Source: a virus
Virus record (IMG/VR): IMGVR_UViG_3300031951_000017
Span: 99,929 to 163,928 of that record
DNA length: 64,000 nt
Reading direction: 5' to 3' (one strand)
Part shown: positions 8,845 through 19,521 of the stretch, piece by piece
How positions within the stretch are numbered: the first letter of the stretch is position 1
Layout: each line of letters opens with the position of its first letter
Translations under genes and position numbers: made by a program
Notes under the pieces: model-generated
The model's database searches: none
The model's input: only the letters and a program-made list of their open reading frames with translations
Told to the model about the DNA's origin: nothing

Positions 8845-10602
8845 TCATCTTCTACTTCCAAACAACCAACCATATTTTGCGTAGTCTTCTCTTGAAAACT
8901 CCATAGGGTGGTTTTGTCCTCCAACAACATACGAAGGGACGTATGTATTTTGGTTTATACTTTTTGATACATTTTCATTCTCGGCAACTGACCAAGACTC
9001 TAACATAGTTTTTGCTTGCTCTGTAACTTTGGTTAAAGAAGAAAATGAATTTTCACCAACGTAACAAGCAATTGCGATTGACATAATTAGGTCATCGTGT
9101 TGTCCTTTTTGGTGGTCAGGTCTTCCATTAACATAAACAAAAGTATTCATCTCGTTTAACAATCTTGATGAATATACCTTAAACCCGTGTCTTAAATATT
9201 CCTCATATGCCGCAATTATTTGAACTCGTTTATTATTGAAGTTAATTCCTGGTATTTTTTCATTCATTTTTGGGTCATATTTCCATCTATTTGTCGAATC
9301 TAATCCATCAATATATAAATTTTTATAACCCAATTCTTGTAATTTTCTTGACGTAGTGACACCCATACCTCCTGTAATATCAACAACAATAAATGCTGAA
9401 TACATAGTTCCCCATTTATAACATAGTTCCGCCAAAGTGTCAGGTGGAAGTTTTCCAATATATTCAGCAACTTGTTCCCTTGTTTCAAAATCAATAATTT
9501 GAAACGTAGAATAGTCTTCACTATCGCCACGACTTACGTCAACTCCCATAATATACCTATGACCTTCAAGTGGGTCTTTCCATATCCATAATCCACCACT
9601 AACCATCTTACCTTGTGGTTCTCTAACCATATTGGCTCTAATGTCTTCAGTAAGTCTACTATCAAATACGTTATCACCAGAACCTAAAAAAGCACATTCT
9701 AATTCCTGATTAACTTTACGTTTGTCGTATTTAAGTTTTTTAACCATTTTCTCATACCAAGATGAGGTTGGTTTGTAACCTTGACCAATTAAAGAATTAA
9801 CTTCAACATAGTCTTTAACTTTGTCTGAAAAATCAATTACTTCATCATTTAAATGTTCCTCACGATTTAAAAAATAATGAATGATGTCATCACATTTAAC
9901 TAATTGTAGGTCTTTATTATATCTTGGGTCCTTATACCAAACCATTGGGGAGATTTTAAAATCGTTCATCCCTTTTTGTGCTTGGTCAAAAATTTCATAG
10001 TATATTGGGTCATAACCATTTGGGGTTGAAATGACTATTACCTTACCTCCTGTTGATAAAGATGCCATACAAGCTGCCCAAAAGTCACCATCTGCCTCGA
10101 TATATGCTGCCTCGTCAAACACCAATATTGTTGGTGTGTAACCACGTAAGGCATCGGTGGATGTTGCTACGGCTTTAACCTCACATCCATTTGTTAATTT
10201 AAAGTGTCTTTGTGAATTTTTTTCAGCAGAAAATGTAACCCCTACCCATTTTGGCCATTGTTCGGTGAAACCACGAACTTTGTTAGCCATCTCAACGGCA
10301 GTATCTAATTTGTTTGCAATAATAAGAACCTTTTCAGGTTTATTCTTTTTGGCAAATACTAATTTCTTTGATGCCCATGCGGCAGTTACTGTTGACACAC
10401 CTGCCTGACGATACTTTAACGCAATATTTTCATTAAAGTTTTCATAATCCTCAACAAGTGTTATTTGGTCAGGAAATAATTCTAGTGGAACATACTGAGA
10501 AACAGTATTATCATAAGTTTGTAGATAAGTTTTTAAGGCGTATGGAGTGTCCTTCATACACCTTGTGTACTCAATTATTAATTCTTCTTTTGTCATTGCC
10601 AT
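8845..10602 (-). CDS. gp17: Terminase large subunit (gp17-like)
   Basis: KYRQAGVST Walker A, ILVFDEAA Walker B, ISTPNG motif, nuclease GVDVSRG...HDDLIM. Confidence 0.95.
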   Translation of the reverse strand: MAMTKEELIIEYTRCMKDTPYALKTYLQTYDNTVSQYVPLELFPDQITLVEDYENFNENIALKYRQAGVSTVTAAWASKKLVFAKKNKPEKVLIIANKLDTAVEMANKVRGFTEQWPKWVGVTFSAEKNSQRHFKLTNGCEVKAVATSTDALRGYTPTILVFDEAAYIEADGDFWAACMASLSTGGKVIVISTPNGYDPIYYEIFDQAQKGMNDFKISPMVWYKDPRYNKDLQLVKCDDIIHYFLNREEHLNDEVIDFSDKVKDYVEVNSLIGQGYKPTSSWYEKMVKKLKYDKRKVNQELECAFLGSGDNVFDSRLTEDIRANMVREPQGKMVSGGLWIWKDPLEGHRYIMGVDVSRGDSEDYSTFQIIDFETREQVAEYIGKLPPDTLAELCYKWGTMYSAFIVVDITGGMGVTTSRKLQELGYKNLYIDGLDSTNRWKYDPKMNEKIPGINFNNKRVQIIAAYEEYLRHGFKVYSSRLLNEMNTFVYVNGRPDHQKGQHDDLIMSIAIACYVGENSFSSLTKVTEQAKTMLESWSVAENENVSKSINQNTYVPSYVVGGQNHPMEFSREDYAKYGWLFGSRR

Positions 10603-10634
10603 ATCTGATAAATACCTAGATATGGCAATGAAAT

Positions 10635-11951
10635 TTAGTCATCAGATAAATCAATACCTAAACTATCCAAAAACCCTGAGATATCATCGTCACCCGGTTT
10701 AATATTTTTCGATTGTTTGTATTCTTCATATTGTTGTAACATATCCATAGCATCTCTTACAATCTCTTTCATTTCCAATTTAGCTTTACTAATATCTTTT
10801 GGGTCATCGGAAATCACCAAAGACATTAAATTGAGGAATTCTTTTGGTTTTTTTGAATATAACAATTTTTTAAACCAAGGATTAACTTTTGAATTTTCCA
10901 ATGCTTCTATTGGTAATACATTCCTTAAAGCATCCACAACTTCAGGTCCAATACGGATTTGCATAATTTCATTCTCAAACGTATCAGTTTGACCATATAC
11001 TTCACCAGCATAACCTGGTTCAGTTTCTCTAAATTGTTCTCTTGTTGGAGCTTCTTCAATACCCTTAATAATTTCGTGTACTAATATTGGGAAAATGATT
11101 CCTTGTGCTACGATTTTTGTATCAGGAGCATCTTCATCAGGTTCTCCTCCACCCATTTCATCATTTTCTTCTTCGTCAGCATCTTCTAAATTAACACTAC
11201 CCGCAACACCTTGTCCTGTTTGAGTCGCCATTTCAATGAAATCCTCCATAGTAAAATAAGAGATATCCAACATGGTCATTAATTTTGAGTACAATGATGC
11301 AAGTTGTGGACTTTTTCTATCTAACTGAGATTTAATTGATGGGTCTTCAAAATAGTAATGACCTTTTTTAGCTTCACCTTGGGTAATTGCATTTGCCAAA
11401 TTTCTCATCTGAACGTGTTGTTGGAATTCCTCTTCCTCTGTTGGGAAATCAGGGTCAAATGCTTGTTCTCCATATTTTTCAAAATCAGGAACATTTTTTC
11501 GTTCCTTTCTTTTTTTTGGTCCCATTTGGAAATTTGGTGCGGAAAAATCGGTTTCTTCTTGTCCTAATGATAGTTCATACTGAAACCAATCTTTATCAAT
11601 ACCAGTTTTTTCAGCCGCAACTCTTAATGCCAAATCTTTAAGATATTTTTTATGAGGTGACTCTAACCTCATAATTTCTTTAACTAAAGAATACATAGAC
11701 ATAAACAAAGTACGAATTTCTTCGATACTACCTAATGATTCTTTACCATGTGCTTGTCTTGCTTTTCTAACAATGTTCTCAAATCTTTTTGATGACATTC
11801 TTTCGACATCTGCAACCCCTCTTTTTAAAGCGGGATTTTTAGCAAATAAACTTTCAGGTGAACCTAATTTTCTTTCAGTCCTTGGGTCCATCCTTTCAGG
11901 AAACCCTTCAGGATAACTTATTGGTGCCTCTCTTAAATTTCTCTTTGCCAT
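10635..11951 (-). CDS. Hypothetical protein, probable head/core protein
   Basis: 438 aa; N-terminal NLRE|A putative maturation site; in the morphogenesis operon. Confidence 0.65.
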   Translation of the reverse strand: MAKRNLREAPISYPEGFPERMDPRTERKLGSPESLFAKNPALKRGVADVERMSSKRFENIVRKARQAHGKESLGSIEEIRTLFMSMYSLVKEIMRLESPHKKYLKDLALRVAAEKTGIDKDWFQYELSLGQEETDFSAPNFQMGPKKRKERKNVPDFEKYGEQAFDPDFPTEEEEFQQHVQMRNLANAITQGEAKKGHYYFEDPSIKSQLDRKSPQLASLYSKLMTMLDISYFTMEDFIEMATQTGQGVAGSVNLEDADEEENDEMGGGEPDEDAPDTKIVAQGIIFPILVHEIIKGIEEAPTREQFRETEPGYAGEVYGQTDTFENEIMQIRIGPEVVDALRNVLPIEALENSKVNPWFKKLLYSKKPKEFLNLMSLVISDDPKDISKAKLEMKEIVRDAMDMLQQYEEYKQSKNIKPGDDDISGFLDSLGIDLSDD

Positions 11952-11953
11952 TT

Positions 11954-12799
11954 TTATTTCTTTAAAATTTTGTTAATTGCCGACATAAATTCGTCTTTCT
12001 TTCTTTGCATTTGTGAATTAGAAACTTCTTTAGTTTCAATTTTTTTAGCCTTAGCTGGTGCCGGACCTTCACCTGGTCTTGGATTTCTTCCAGGATGTGA
12101 TGGTTTTGGTCTTGTTTCAGTTCCAGGTTTAACTTTTGGTTTAGCTGGAGCTGTCTCAGTTTCAGACATTTCACTCTTACCATAAATGATACGACCAATT
12201 GGTTTATTCATCTTAGGTTTACCAATTAAATTAATAGTTGTTTCCATATCTTTTGATTTTGTTTCAAGCAAAGATACGAAATTTTTCTTAGTGATTCTAC
12301 CTTGTATGTTATTTTTAATCAAGTTCTCAAATTTAGACTCAAGAATTGTCATATAAGGATTTTTACCCTCATTAACATCTTGTTTAACTTGTTTAACACA
12401 TCTTTCATATTTATTTTTTTGTTTTGCTGACCACTCACTTCTTTCAGTAGTTTTAAACTCTTTACCTAGTTGTGCTGTACAAATAGCCCAAGGGTTATAT
12501 TTCGATTTCTTTTTCTTTTTACCCTCTGACATTTCACCATCTTTGATTACTTTGTTTTTAGGCGCTTCAGATTTACCTGACTTTTGTAGTACTCTTACTC
12601 CACCACCAGGTGTTGGTGTTACTTCACCATTTGATACATTAACACCCTCACCTTTCTTTTGCATATCTGCAACTTCAGATGCGGTATAATCAGTTATTTT
12701 AACAGTTTGAGTTTTAGTGGTGGCTTCTTGTAATAAAACATTAACAATCTTTTTTAAATCAGATTCGTTAATTTTTAAAATATTTTTATTCTTTTTCAT
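11954..12799 (-). CDS. Basic putative internal head protein with leader (ILKINESDL)
   Basis: Leader motif; shares a 41-aa module with the scaffold protein. Confidence 0.65.
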   Translation of the reverse strand: MKKNKNILKINESDLKKIVNVLLQEATTKTQTVKITDYTASEVADMQKKGEGVNVSNGEVTPTPGGGVRVLQKSGKSEAPKNKVIKDGEMSEGKKKKKSKYNPWAICTAQLGKEFKTTERSEWSAKQKNKYERCVKQVKQDVNEGKNPYMTILESKFENLIKNNIQGRITKKNFVSLLETKSKDMETTINLIGKPKMNKPIGRIIYGKSEMSETETAPAKPKVKPGTETRPKPSHPGRNPRPGEGPAPAKAKKIETKEVSNSQMQRKKDEFMSAINKILKK

Positions 12800-13193
12800 A
12801 AACTAAATTTTTTTCAAATTCAAGGATTAGGTCTCGTTCATAAAGTTTATCTTCAACTTCTTTAAGGGTCATTCCAAAATGAAAGACTAGTCTAGTTATT
12901 CTATCGAAATCTAAATCATCATCCATTTCCCAACCTAAAGCAATAACTTTATCTACAGCATCAAAAAAAGAAAAAAAATCAGAATTTTGAATCAATTCCA
13001 TTTTTAATTTAGAATTCTTCAAAATACCGACTTTTTTTATATGTTCCAATTTTGGTGGTTTTGGGTATCCATTTGCGGGTTTTGAGTCCCAATCTTCACC
13101 TTCACAATTTTTTTCATCACCAAAAATAAATTCATACATAAAGTTACCTTTATAGTCAGAACCTAATTGGTTTATGAAAATTAAATTATTCAC
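12786..13193 (-). CDS. Hypothetical protein
   Basis: 135 aa; overlaps both neighbours by a few nt. Confidence 0.7.
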   Translation of the reverse strand: MNNLIFINQLGSDYKGNFMYEFIFGDEKNCEGEDWDSKPANGYPKPPKLEHIKKVGILKNSKLKMELIQNSDFFSFFDAVDKVIALGWEMDDDLDFDRITRLVFHFGMTLKEVEDKLYERDLILEFEKNLVYEKE

Positions 13194-14469
13194 TAATTTT
13201 ACCAGATTTAGTAACTTTAATTTGTTTATTATTCATTTCAAATACTAAATTACCTTTATTAGTTTTCCCAACAAATCTAACGTTATCGTTTTCGTCAAGT
13301 AACATAATACTTTTTTTCTCTTGTATTGCAGTTTCACAAAGACGAGAAATTTCATTCATAGTTTTATCTTTTACCTTTTCTTGAATAAATTTCTTTTCTC
13401 GTTTGTCAACTTTAAAATATTTTGTTAAAATACTATCAACCTTTGATTCTGTAAACATACCATCCATAATTGATTGTACTTTTTCTTTTGGACTATATCC
13501 CATACTTTTTTTCATCATTGTCCCAGCAACATCTGTTGCCATTCTTGATGCTAACTCTGGCCAACTACCTTCTTCCATTTCACTAGTATTATCTGTTGGT
13601 AAATCTGTTGGAACTTCAGGAATATCTTCGTCAGTAACGTCAACATCCATTTCATCACCCATGTCCATTGACATATCACCGATTTCCTCATCTTCAAATT
13701 TAGCAATAATATCATCCTTATCGTCTTGAGATAATTTGGTTAAATCAATTGCTGATAAAATTGTATTGATTACGTATTTGATATCTTTGTCAGACAATTT
13801 ATCTTCGTCTTGTAAATCTCTCATTTTTTGAGTTGCCTTACCAAGAAGTTTTTGTACTACTCTAAAAGAACCAGGGATATTTGAGTCTTCAGTGTCACCA
13901 CTTTCTTCAGAACCCGTGTCATCCATAGGTGGAGTAGGGATTTCTTCAGAACCCATATCATCCATAGGTGGTGTCGGAATTTCTTCAGAACCCATATCAT
14001 CCATAGGTGGGACAGGAGTTTCATCAGGACCCATATTATCCATAGGTGGGGCAGGAACATTCTCTACCTCAGGTAAGTTTTCGGATGGACTAAAATTTTT
14101 TTTTTGTTTTAATACATATTTTGTATCTTCCGAAAATAAAGATAAACCTTTTTCATTACCATAATTTTCATTAAGTTCTTTAGCAATGATATTTAATCTT
14201 TTAAGTGCTTGAGAATAAGAACTAAAATATTTTCTTTCTTGGATTGGTTCTCTATAATCAATCGTATTTTCACTTACGGTTGATTTAATGATATAACCAT
14301 TTTTTTCTCTTACAATATGGTAAGTGTTACCATCCGCTAATAATTTAGTATACTCTGAAGTATTTTCATTGACGTTAGAATTATTTTTATAATTAGCTAT
14401 TTCAATAATTCTCTTAATTTTGTCGTCTCCTTGAAGTTTCTCACTTCCTAACGGTCTTAAATCTGACAT
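13186..14469 (-). CDS. Acidic putative prohead core protein with PPMDDMGSEEIPT repeats
   Basis: 427 aa, acidic centre, many xxE sites. Confidence 0.65.
   Translation of the reverse strand: MSDLRPLGSEKLQGDDKIKRIIEIANYKNNSNVNENTSEYTKLLADGNTYHIVREKNGYIIKSTVSENTIDYREPIQERKYFSSYSQALKRLNIIAKELNENYGNEKGLSLFSEDTKYVLKQKKNFSPSENLPEVENVPAPPMDNMGPDETPVPPMDDMGSEEIPTPPMDDMGSEEIPTPPMDDTGSEESGDTEDSNIPGSFRVVQKLLGKATQKMRDLQDEDKLSDKDIKYVINTILSAIDLTKLSQDDKDDIIAKFEDEEIGDMSMDMGDEMDVDVTDEDIPEVPTDLPTDNTSEMEEGSWPELASRMATDVAGTMMKKSMGYSPKEKVQSIMDGMFTESKVDSILTKYFKVDKREKKFIQEKVKDKTMNEISRLCETAIQEKKSIMLLDENDNVRFVGKTNKGNLVFEMNNKQIKVTKSGKISE
13903..14050 (-). repeat. 39-nt tandem repeat (~4 copies) encoding PPMDDMGSEEIPT
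   Basis: Repeated ttcttcagaacccatatcatccataggtgg units. Confidence 0.85.
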
Positions 14470-14484
14470 ATCTTTATTTTATTT

Positions 14485-14895
14485 TTACGAGTTTAATCCG
14501 TTAAATCCACCTAGGACTACGGAGTTCATTTGGATTACATCCACATTAGCATTATTTGTCCAAATAGCATGATTAACAGTTTTGGCACTAACACCAACAT
14601 TTTGATTCTCATCATTACATACTATTTGACAATATCTGTAATTTGTTCCTGCTGAAATAGTGTCCCTAGAATTATCACATTCATTACAATCATCAAAAGG
14701 ACCTGAGGCAAAAATTATTGATGATGAGGGTGTTGTACCTGTTGTTAATTTGGCACACCCACCAAACACACCATTACTATATTGTTGTAATTGAGTGTAG
14801 TAGAATTTATCGAGAGTTAAACTCCCGTCAACTGCTTGATTTGAAACAATTACTTGCCCTGAATCACAACCTGAAAATGCGTAATATGTTGCCAT
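14485..14895 (-). CDS. Cys-rich hypothetical protein, probable virion surface protein
   Basis: MATYYAFSGCD...DDCNEC...; TATTTAT box 14908-14916. Confidence 0.6.
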   Translation of the reverse strand: MATYYAFSGCDSGQVIVSNQAVDGSLTLDKFYYTQLQQYSNGVFGGCAKLTTGTTPSSSIIFASGPFDDCNECDNSRDTISAGTNYRYCQIVCNDENQNVGVSAKTVNHAIWTNNANVDVIQMNSVVLGGFNGLNS

Positions 14896-14917
14896 TTATT
14901 TTTTCTTTATAAATATA

Positions 14918-15670
14918 TCAAATATCACGATTTTCAATAGATAATTTTTTATCCATTATTTTATTTTTGGCGTCAAGTAACTTACCAATATAACCATTTC
15001 TTCTTAAAATTTTAAAAACTAAGTTTTCATACGATAATTCTCCCTTAGTTTCTAATCCACACTTACGATATTTTTTTAACTTATCTTGGTATTTTTTAAT
15101 TAGTTTTTTAGCATCATCAAGTTCCTCATCTTGGATATTCTCGAGTACACCATCAATGATGTTCATCCATTGCTTTGCCTTTTCTTTTAACTTGTCTTTA
15201 TCTAATCTGAAATTTTGTTTTTCAGGAACAACTTCCCATTCCTCATATAAAACAGAATATACTCCAGTAGACGTGTGTTCTTCATTAGCGTCTTGTATGT
15301 ATAACTCCACTTCATAATTTTTAATGGTAATATCATGAGTATCATTAAATAATGTTTTTTTCAGATTAAAAAGTTCCTTATACAACTCATTTTGAGATTC
15401 TTCAAATTGAGACATATCGACTAAGACGTGTAAATCAAAATCGGAATACTGAGACCAATTGTAATTTGATAAAGAACCCGTTAATATTATATCGGAAATA
15501 AAAAAGTCTAGACCGACAAAATCCACAAATTCATACGCAATCTCAAGTAGACTAGATTGTATCTCTTTTTTTAAAGTTGCGTTTTGAGGGTCGGTCTCAT
15601 TATCCCACACTTTCGGATTTAAACTATCCTGAATGTTAAAACTATCTATTACTTTACTTAAATTTGACAT
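14918..15670 (-). CDS. Pol-beta superfamily nucleotidyltransferase
   Basis: LTGSLSNYNWSQYSDFDLH (GS...DxD) plus downstream VELY strand. Confidence 0.8.
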   Translation of the reverse strand: MSNLSKVIDSFNIQDSLNPKVWDNETDPQNATLKKEIQSSLLEIAYEFVDFVGLDFFISDIILTGSLSNYNWSQYSDFDLHVLVDMSQFEESQNELYKELFNLKKTLFNDTHDITIKNYEVELYIQDANEEHTSTGVYSVLYEEWEVVPEKQNFRLDKDKLKEKAKQWMNIIDGVLENIQDEELDDAKKLIKKYQDKLKKYRKCGLETKGELSYENLVFKILRRNGYIGKLLDAKNKIMDKKLSIENRDI

Positions 15671-15691
15671 CTATAATAAATACTCAAGTTT

Positions 15692-15934
15692 TTACAACTT
15701 TTTGTACTTAAATGTTTTTGCTATATTTTTACTAAAAAAACTTCCTTGTGATTGAGCAGTTCTAAATGAAGTGTATAGTTGGTGAGGAACTTCCTCATAT
15801 TCATAATTGACTCCATTCTTAAATTCAACAATTAATTTTTTTGTTTCTGTATTGTAATCAGTTTTTACTATATTTGTGGACTCAATCTCACAAATAATAT
15901 GAGTACCTTTAATTTCTTCTTTAGTAATTGCCAT
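15692..15934 (-). CDS. KTSC domain protein
   Basis: STNI....YN......L.VEFKNG..YEY..VP...Y..F..A.S.GSFF..NI pattern. Confidence 0.88.
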   Translation of the reverse strand: MAITKEEIKGTHIICEIESTNIVKTDYNTETKKLIVEFKNGVNYEYEEVPHQLYTSFRTAQSQGSFFSKNIAKTFKYKKL

Positions 15935-16033
15935 ATGTTTTTTTTATTAACATAAATAGAATAAAATGACTTGTGAATATTATTTAGTTGAAATTTAAAA
16001 AAAAATGAATTATTATTTTAAAAACATAAAGTT

Positions 16034-18046
16034 ATGATAGAGTCAATGGACAATGACAAAAACAAGAATCAGGGGAAATCTGATTCATCAACAACTCCCG
16101 CTTTAGATAATTTTAGTAGGGACTTAATTAAATTGGCCGAACAGGGTAAATTGGACCCCGTTGTTGGTCGAGAAAAAGAAATTTTGAGAATTGCTCAAAT
16201 TCTTTCTCGTAGAAAGAAAAACAATCCAATCATTATTGGTGAACCTGGTTGTGGTAAAACCGCTCTAGTTGAGGGATTGGCTATGAAAATTCACCAAGGT
16301 GAGTGTCCTAGAAATTTAATGGACAAACGAATTTTATCTTTGGACATGACATCAATTGTTGCGGGAACAAAATATCGTGGACAATTTGAAGAAAGGATGA
16401 AAGTAGTTATTGAAGAACTTCAGGCCAACCCTGATATTATTGTGTTCATTGATGAGATTCATACAATAGTGGGTGCTGGAAACACAACAGGTTCTTTAGA
16501 TGCTTCAAATATCTTTAAACCAGCTTTAGCCCGTGGTGAGATTCAGTGTATTGGTGCCACGACTCTTGATGAGTATAGAAAGAACTTTGAAAAGGATGGT
16601 GCATTAGAAAGACGTTTTCAAAAGGTAGTCGTTGACCCATCTTCAGCTGAAGAAACTTTACAGATTCTTAAAAACATTAAAGACAAATACGAAACATTTC
16701 ATAAGGTAATTTTTACTGAAGAAATTCTTAATATTTGTGTCCGTTTGGCTGAGAGATATATCACCGACAGAGAATTTCCTGATAAGGCAATTGACATTTT
16801 GGACGAGGTTGGTGCTCGTAGTCAAGTTGAGATAAAGACTCCGGCAGTGATTGAGGACTTGAAAGCCGAGGCTGATGGAATCAAACAAGAAAAAATTCAA
16901 GTGGTTAAAAGTCAAAAATACGAGGAGGCCGCGGAACTAAGAGATAAGGAGAGAAAAGTTCTTTTAAAATTGGATAACGAGAAAAAGAAATTTGAACAAT
17001 CCCTTTTGAAAAAGAAAAAAACAATCCCAATTGAACTAGTCTATGAAGTAGTTTCAAACATGACGAAAATTCCATTGTCTAAACTTTCTTTAGATGATTC
17101 AAAATCATTAATCAATCTTGAAGAAACTTTATCGGGTAAAGTTATTGGTCAGGAAGATGCCGTTAAACGAATTTCAAAAGCTATACGTAGAAATCGTTTG
17201 GGGATTAAAGACCCAAATAAACCAATCGGGTCGTTTATTTTCTTGGGGTCAACAGGTGTTGGTAAAACATATTTGGCAAAACAATTGGCTAGGGAGATAT
17301 TTGGAAGTGATGAAAACTTAATCCGAGTTGATATGTCGGAATACCAGGAAAAACACTCAATATCTAAATTAATTGGGGCACCTCCTGGATATGTTGGATA
17401 TGACCAAGGTGGACAACTTACCGAACAAATTAAAAATAAACCTTATTGTGTTATTTTGTTCGATGAAATTGAGAAAGCCAACAAAGATGTATTCTCATCT
17501 TTACTTCAGGTTTTAGATGACGGACACATGACAGATGGTTTAGGTAGAAAAATTAATTTCAAGAATTGTTTGATTATTATGACATCAAACCTAGGAATTA
17601 AAAAATTACAAGATTTCGGGTCTAGTGTTGGTTTTAGTACTTCACAAAGTTCTTATAGTGCTGAGGAAAATAGAAAGAACATGCTTCAAAAAGAACTTAA
17701 AAATTTCTTTAGTCCAGAATTCCTAAACAGAATAGACGACGTAGTGATTTTCAACTCACTCAAAGAAGAACACATTGAGAGTATTGCTAAAATAGAGTTG
17801 GACAAACTAACTAAGAGATTGATGGAGATGAAATTTGATGTTAAATTTGATGAGAGTGTTGTAAAATATGTATCTAAGAATGGGTATGATGAACTTTATG
17901 GTGCACGTCCTTTAAAAAGAGCCATACAAGATAAATTAGAAGATTATATCTCTGATGAAGTTCTAAAGGGTAACATCGTTGAGAATGGTCATTACACTCT
18001 ATCAATCAAAGATGATGAAATCCAATTAATGGGTATTGTAATGTGA
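16034..18046 (+). CDS. clpC: ClpC-type AAA+ unfoldase lacking the N-terminal Clp-repeat domain
   Basis: D1 [25 protein letters not shown]; UVR-type middle domain [11 protein letters not shown]; D2 [17 protein letters not shown]; VGF loop; starts only ~20 aa before D1. Confidence 0.92.
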   Translation: MIESMDNDKNKNQGKSDSSTTPALDNFSRDLIKLAEQGKLDPVVGREKEILRIAQILSRRKKNNPIIIGEPGCGKTALVEGLAMKIHQGECPRNLMDKRILSLDMTSIVAGTKYRGQFEERMKVVIEELQANPDIIVFIDEIHTIVGAGNTTGSLDASNIFKPALARGEIQCIGATTLDEYRKNFEKDGALERRFQKVVVDPSSAEETLQILKNIKDKYETFHKVIFTEEILNICVRLAERYITDREFPDKAIDILDEVGARSQVEIKTPAVIEDLKAEADGIKQEKIQVVKSQKYEEAAELRDKERKVLLKLDNEKKKFEQSLLKKKKTIPIELVYEVVSNMTKIPLSKLSLDDSKSLINLEETLSGKVIGQEDAVKRISKAIRRNRLGIKDPNKPIGSFIFLGSTGVGKTYLAKQLAREIFGSDENLIRVDMSEYQEKHSISKLIGAPPGYVGYDQGGQLTEQIKNKPYCVILFDEIEKANKDVFSSLLQVLDDGHMTDGLGRKINFKNCLIIMTSNLGIKKLQDFGSSVGFSTSQSSYSAEENRKNMLQKELKNFFSPEFLNRIDDVVIFNSLKEEHIESIAKIELDKLTKRLMEMKFDVKFDESVVKYVSKNGYDELYGARPLKRAIQDKLEDYISDEVLKGNIVENGHYTLSIKDDEIQLMGIVM

Positions 18047-18071
18047 AAAAGGGAGGTTAACCTCCCTTTTT
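18046..18071. terminator. Bidirectional intrinsic terminator
   Basis: AAAAAGGGAGG-ttaa-CCTCCCTTTTT between convergent genes. Confidence 0.88.
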
Positions 18072-19482
18072 ACATTGCTTCTAATTTTGATTGAAGTTCT
18101 TCTGAATCTTCAATATTTTTACTTTTTAGTAATTCAGCTAATTTTCTAGATGTCATTCTATCCATTTTACCAGTTGAACTACTTAATCCATTATCTTTTT
18201 GGAATTTACTTAATGCGGTTTTAGTTTCGGGACCAAACTTGCCATCTGCACCATATTTTGGTAGTGAATACCCTAACTTCATTAAAGCGTTCTGTATTGT
18301 CACCGCATTATCGTTAACTGAATATTGTTTAGTGTCTCCTTGATATTCTGAAACTTCCTCTTGCATAAAGGCCAAAGATTCCTCAGATGTCATGTTTGGG
18401 TCTAAGTCTTCAAATTTATCGAGCATTGCCGAATCAAAGTCACCACTTGAAGTTAAAAAGTCTGCAAATCTTTTCATAAATAAAGGAACTGCAACAGTAT
18501 ATCCTCTTCTACCCCAAGGTGCTCCAACCGCATTTTTAATAAATGTTTCAGCTGGTAACATCATTTTTTGACCTTTTCCAAATAAAACTTGTACACCCGA
18601 ATCACTTATATTTAAAATTTTGGCAGTTGTTGCCTTACCATTTTTACCAACATATCTATAACTTTTCCCAGTAATAAATCCTAGTTTTCGCATAACTTTG
18701 ACAGGATTTGCAATTGGTTTTGCCATTCTAACAAATGAATAAAATCTATCTTTTAAATTTTTAGATAGAGTTTGTAATCCTTTCTTAATAGAAGTCTTAC
18801 CTGCAGTTTTACTAGTTGTTTTACCTGCCGCTGGAATTAATTTTTGAAATATTTGTCTAGCTCTTACTGCAAACCTTGAGAAAAAACCTCCTACCTTACT
18901 TGCATATTTACCTAAAAGTTTTTTACCTAATGTACTATTAACTGCCTTACCGATATATGCTGGAATTTTAACTAAAACTTCCTCTAAAATTCTACCAACA
19001 ACTCTTAAAGCAATTAGAACAGGTTTAGTTAAAGTTTTAACTGAACCACTAACAAAAGCTTTTAATGCTGGAGCAACCGCTTGTAATTGACCAGGTAATA
19101 CCCCAAATGCAAAAGTAATTGCGGCCATTAAGTATAAATTATCAGTCTCTTCCTCTGATTTAAATTGTGCTTCTACTATATAACTCAATGCATGAACAAT
19201 ATCGACAATTGCGCCTGAACCTGGTACAAAATAATCAACACCTGCGGAAACTAAATCAACACCAGCATGTATAATATCACTTAAACTCCAATCCTCATTA
19301 ATTGGGACTATGTCACCTGTTTGAATGTTATAAGCAGTACCTTCGTATACTAAATACTTGTGGTCATTAGTTATTTTACAAGATAATAATTTAGTTAAAG
19401 GTGTTATAGAATTTTCATCTATTGGATTATATAGGTTTAAAATTCTTTGTTTTTCGGATTCATTTAATAAAATTCTTGGCAT
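18070..19482 (-). CDS. Leader-bearing protein with hydrophobic helical segment and C-terminal peptidoglycan-binding (PG_binding_1) domain
   Basis: N-term RILLNESEKQRILNLY; C-term IQNALMKLGYSLPKYGADGKFGPETKTALSKFQKDNGL. Confidence 0.8.
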   Translation of the reverse strand: MPRILLNESEKQRILNLYNPIDENSITPLTKLLSCKITNDHKYLVYEGTAYNIQTGDIVPINEDWSLSDIIHAGVDLVSAGVDYFVPGSGAIVDIVHALSYIVEAQFKSEEETDNLYLMAAITFAFGVLPGQLQAVAPALKAFVSGSVKTLTKPVLIALRVVGRILEEVLVKIPAYIGKAVNSTLGKKLLGKYASKVGGFFSRFAVRARQIFQKLIPAAGKTTSKTAGKTSIKKGLQTLSKNLKDRFYSFVRMAKPIANPVKVMRKLGFITGKSYRYVGKNGKATTAKILNISDSGVQVLFGKGQKMMLPAETFIKNAVGAPWGRRGYTVAVPLFMKRFADFLTSSGDFDSAMLDKFEDLDPNMTSEESLAFMQEEVSEYQGDTKQYSVNDNAVTIQNALMKLGYSLPKYGADGKFGPETKTALSKFQKDNGLSSSTGKMDRMTSRKLAELLKSKNIEDSEELQSKLEAM

Positions 19483-19521
19483 AATTTACTTTTTATATAA
19501 ATATTGCCATATAATAAAAAA

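Noticed and set aside
10635-11951. Zinc metalloprotease from LVHEIIKG
   Set aside because: Lacks the second His of HExxH; not supportable.
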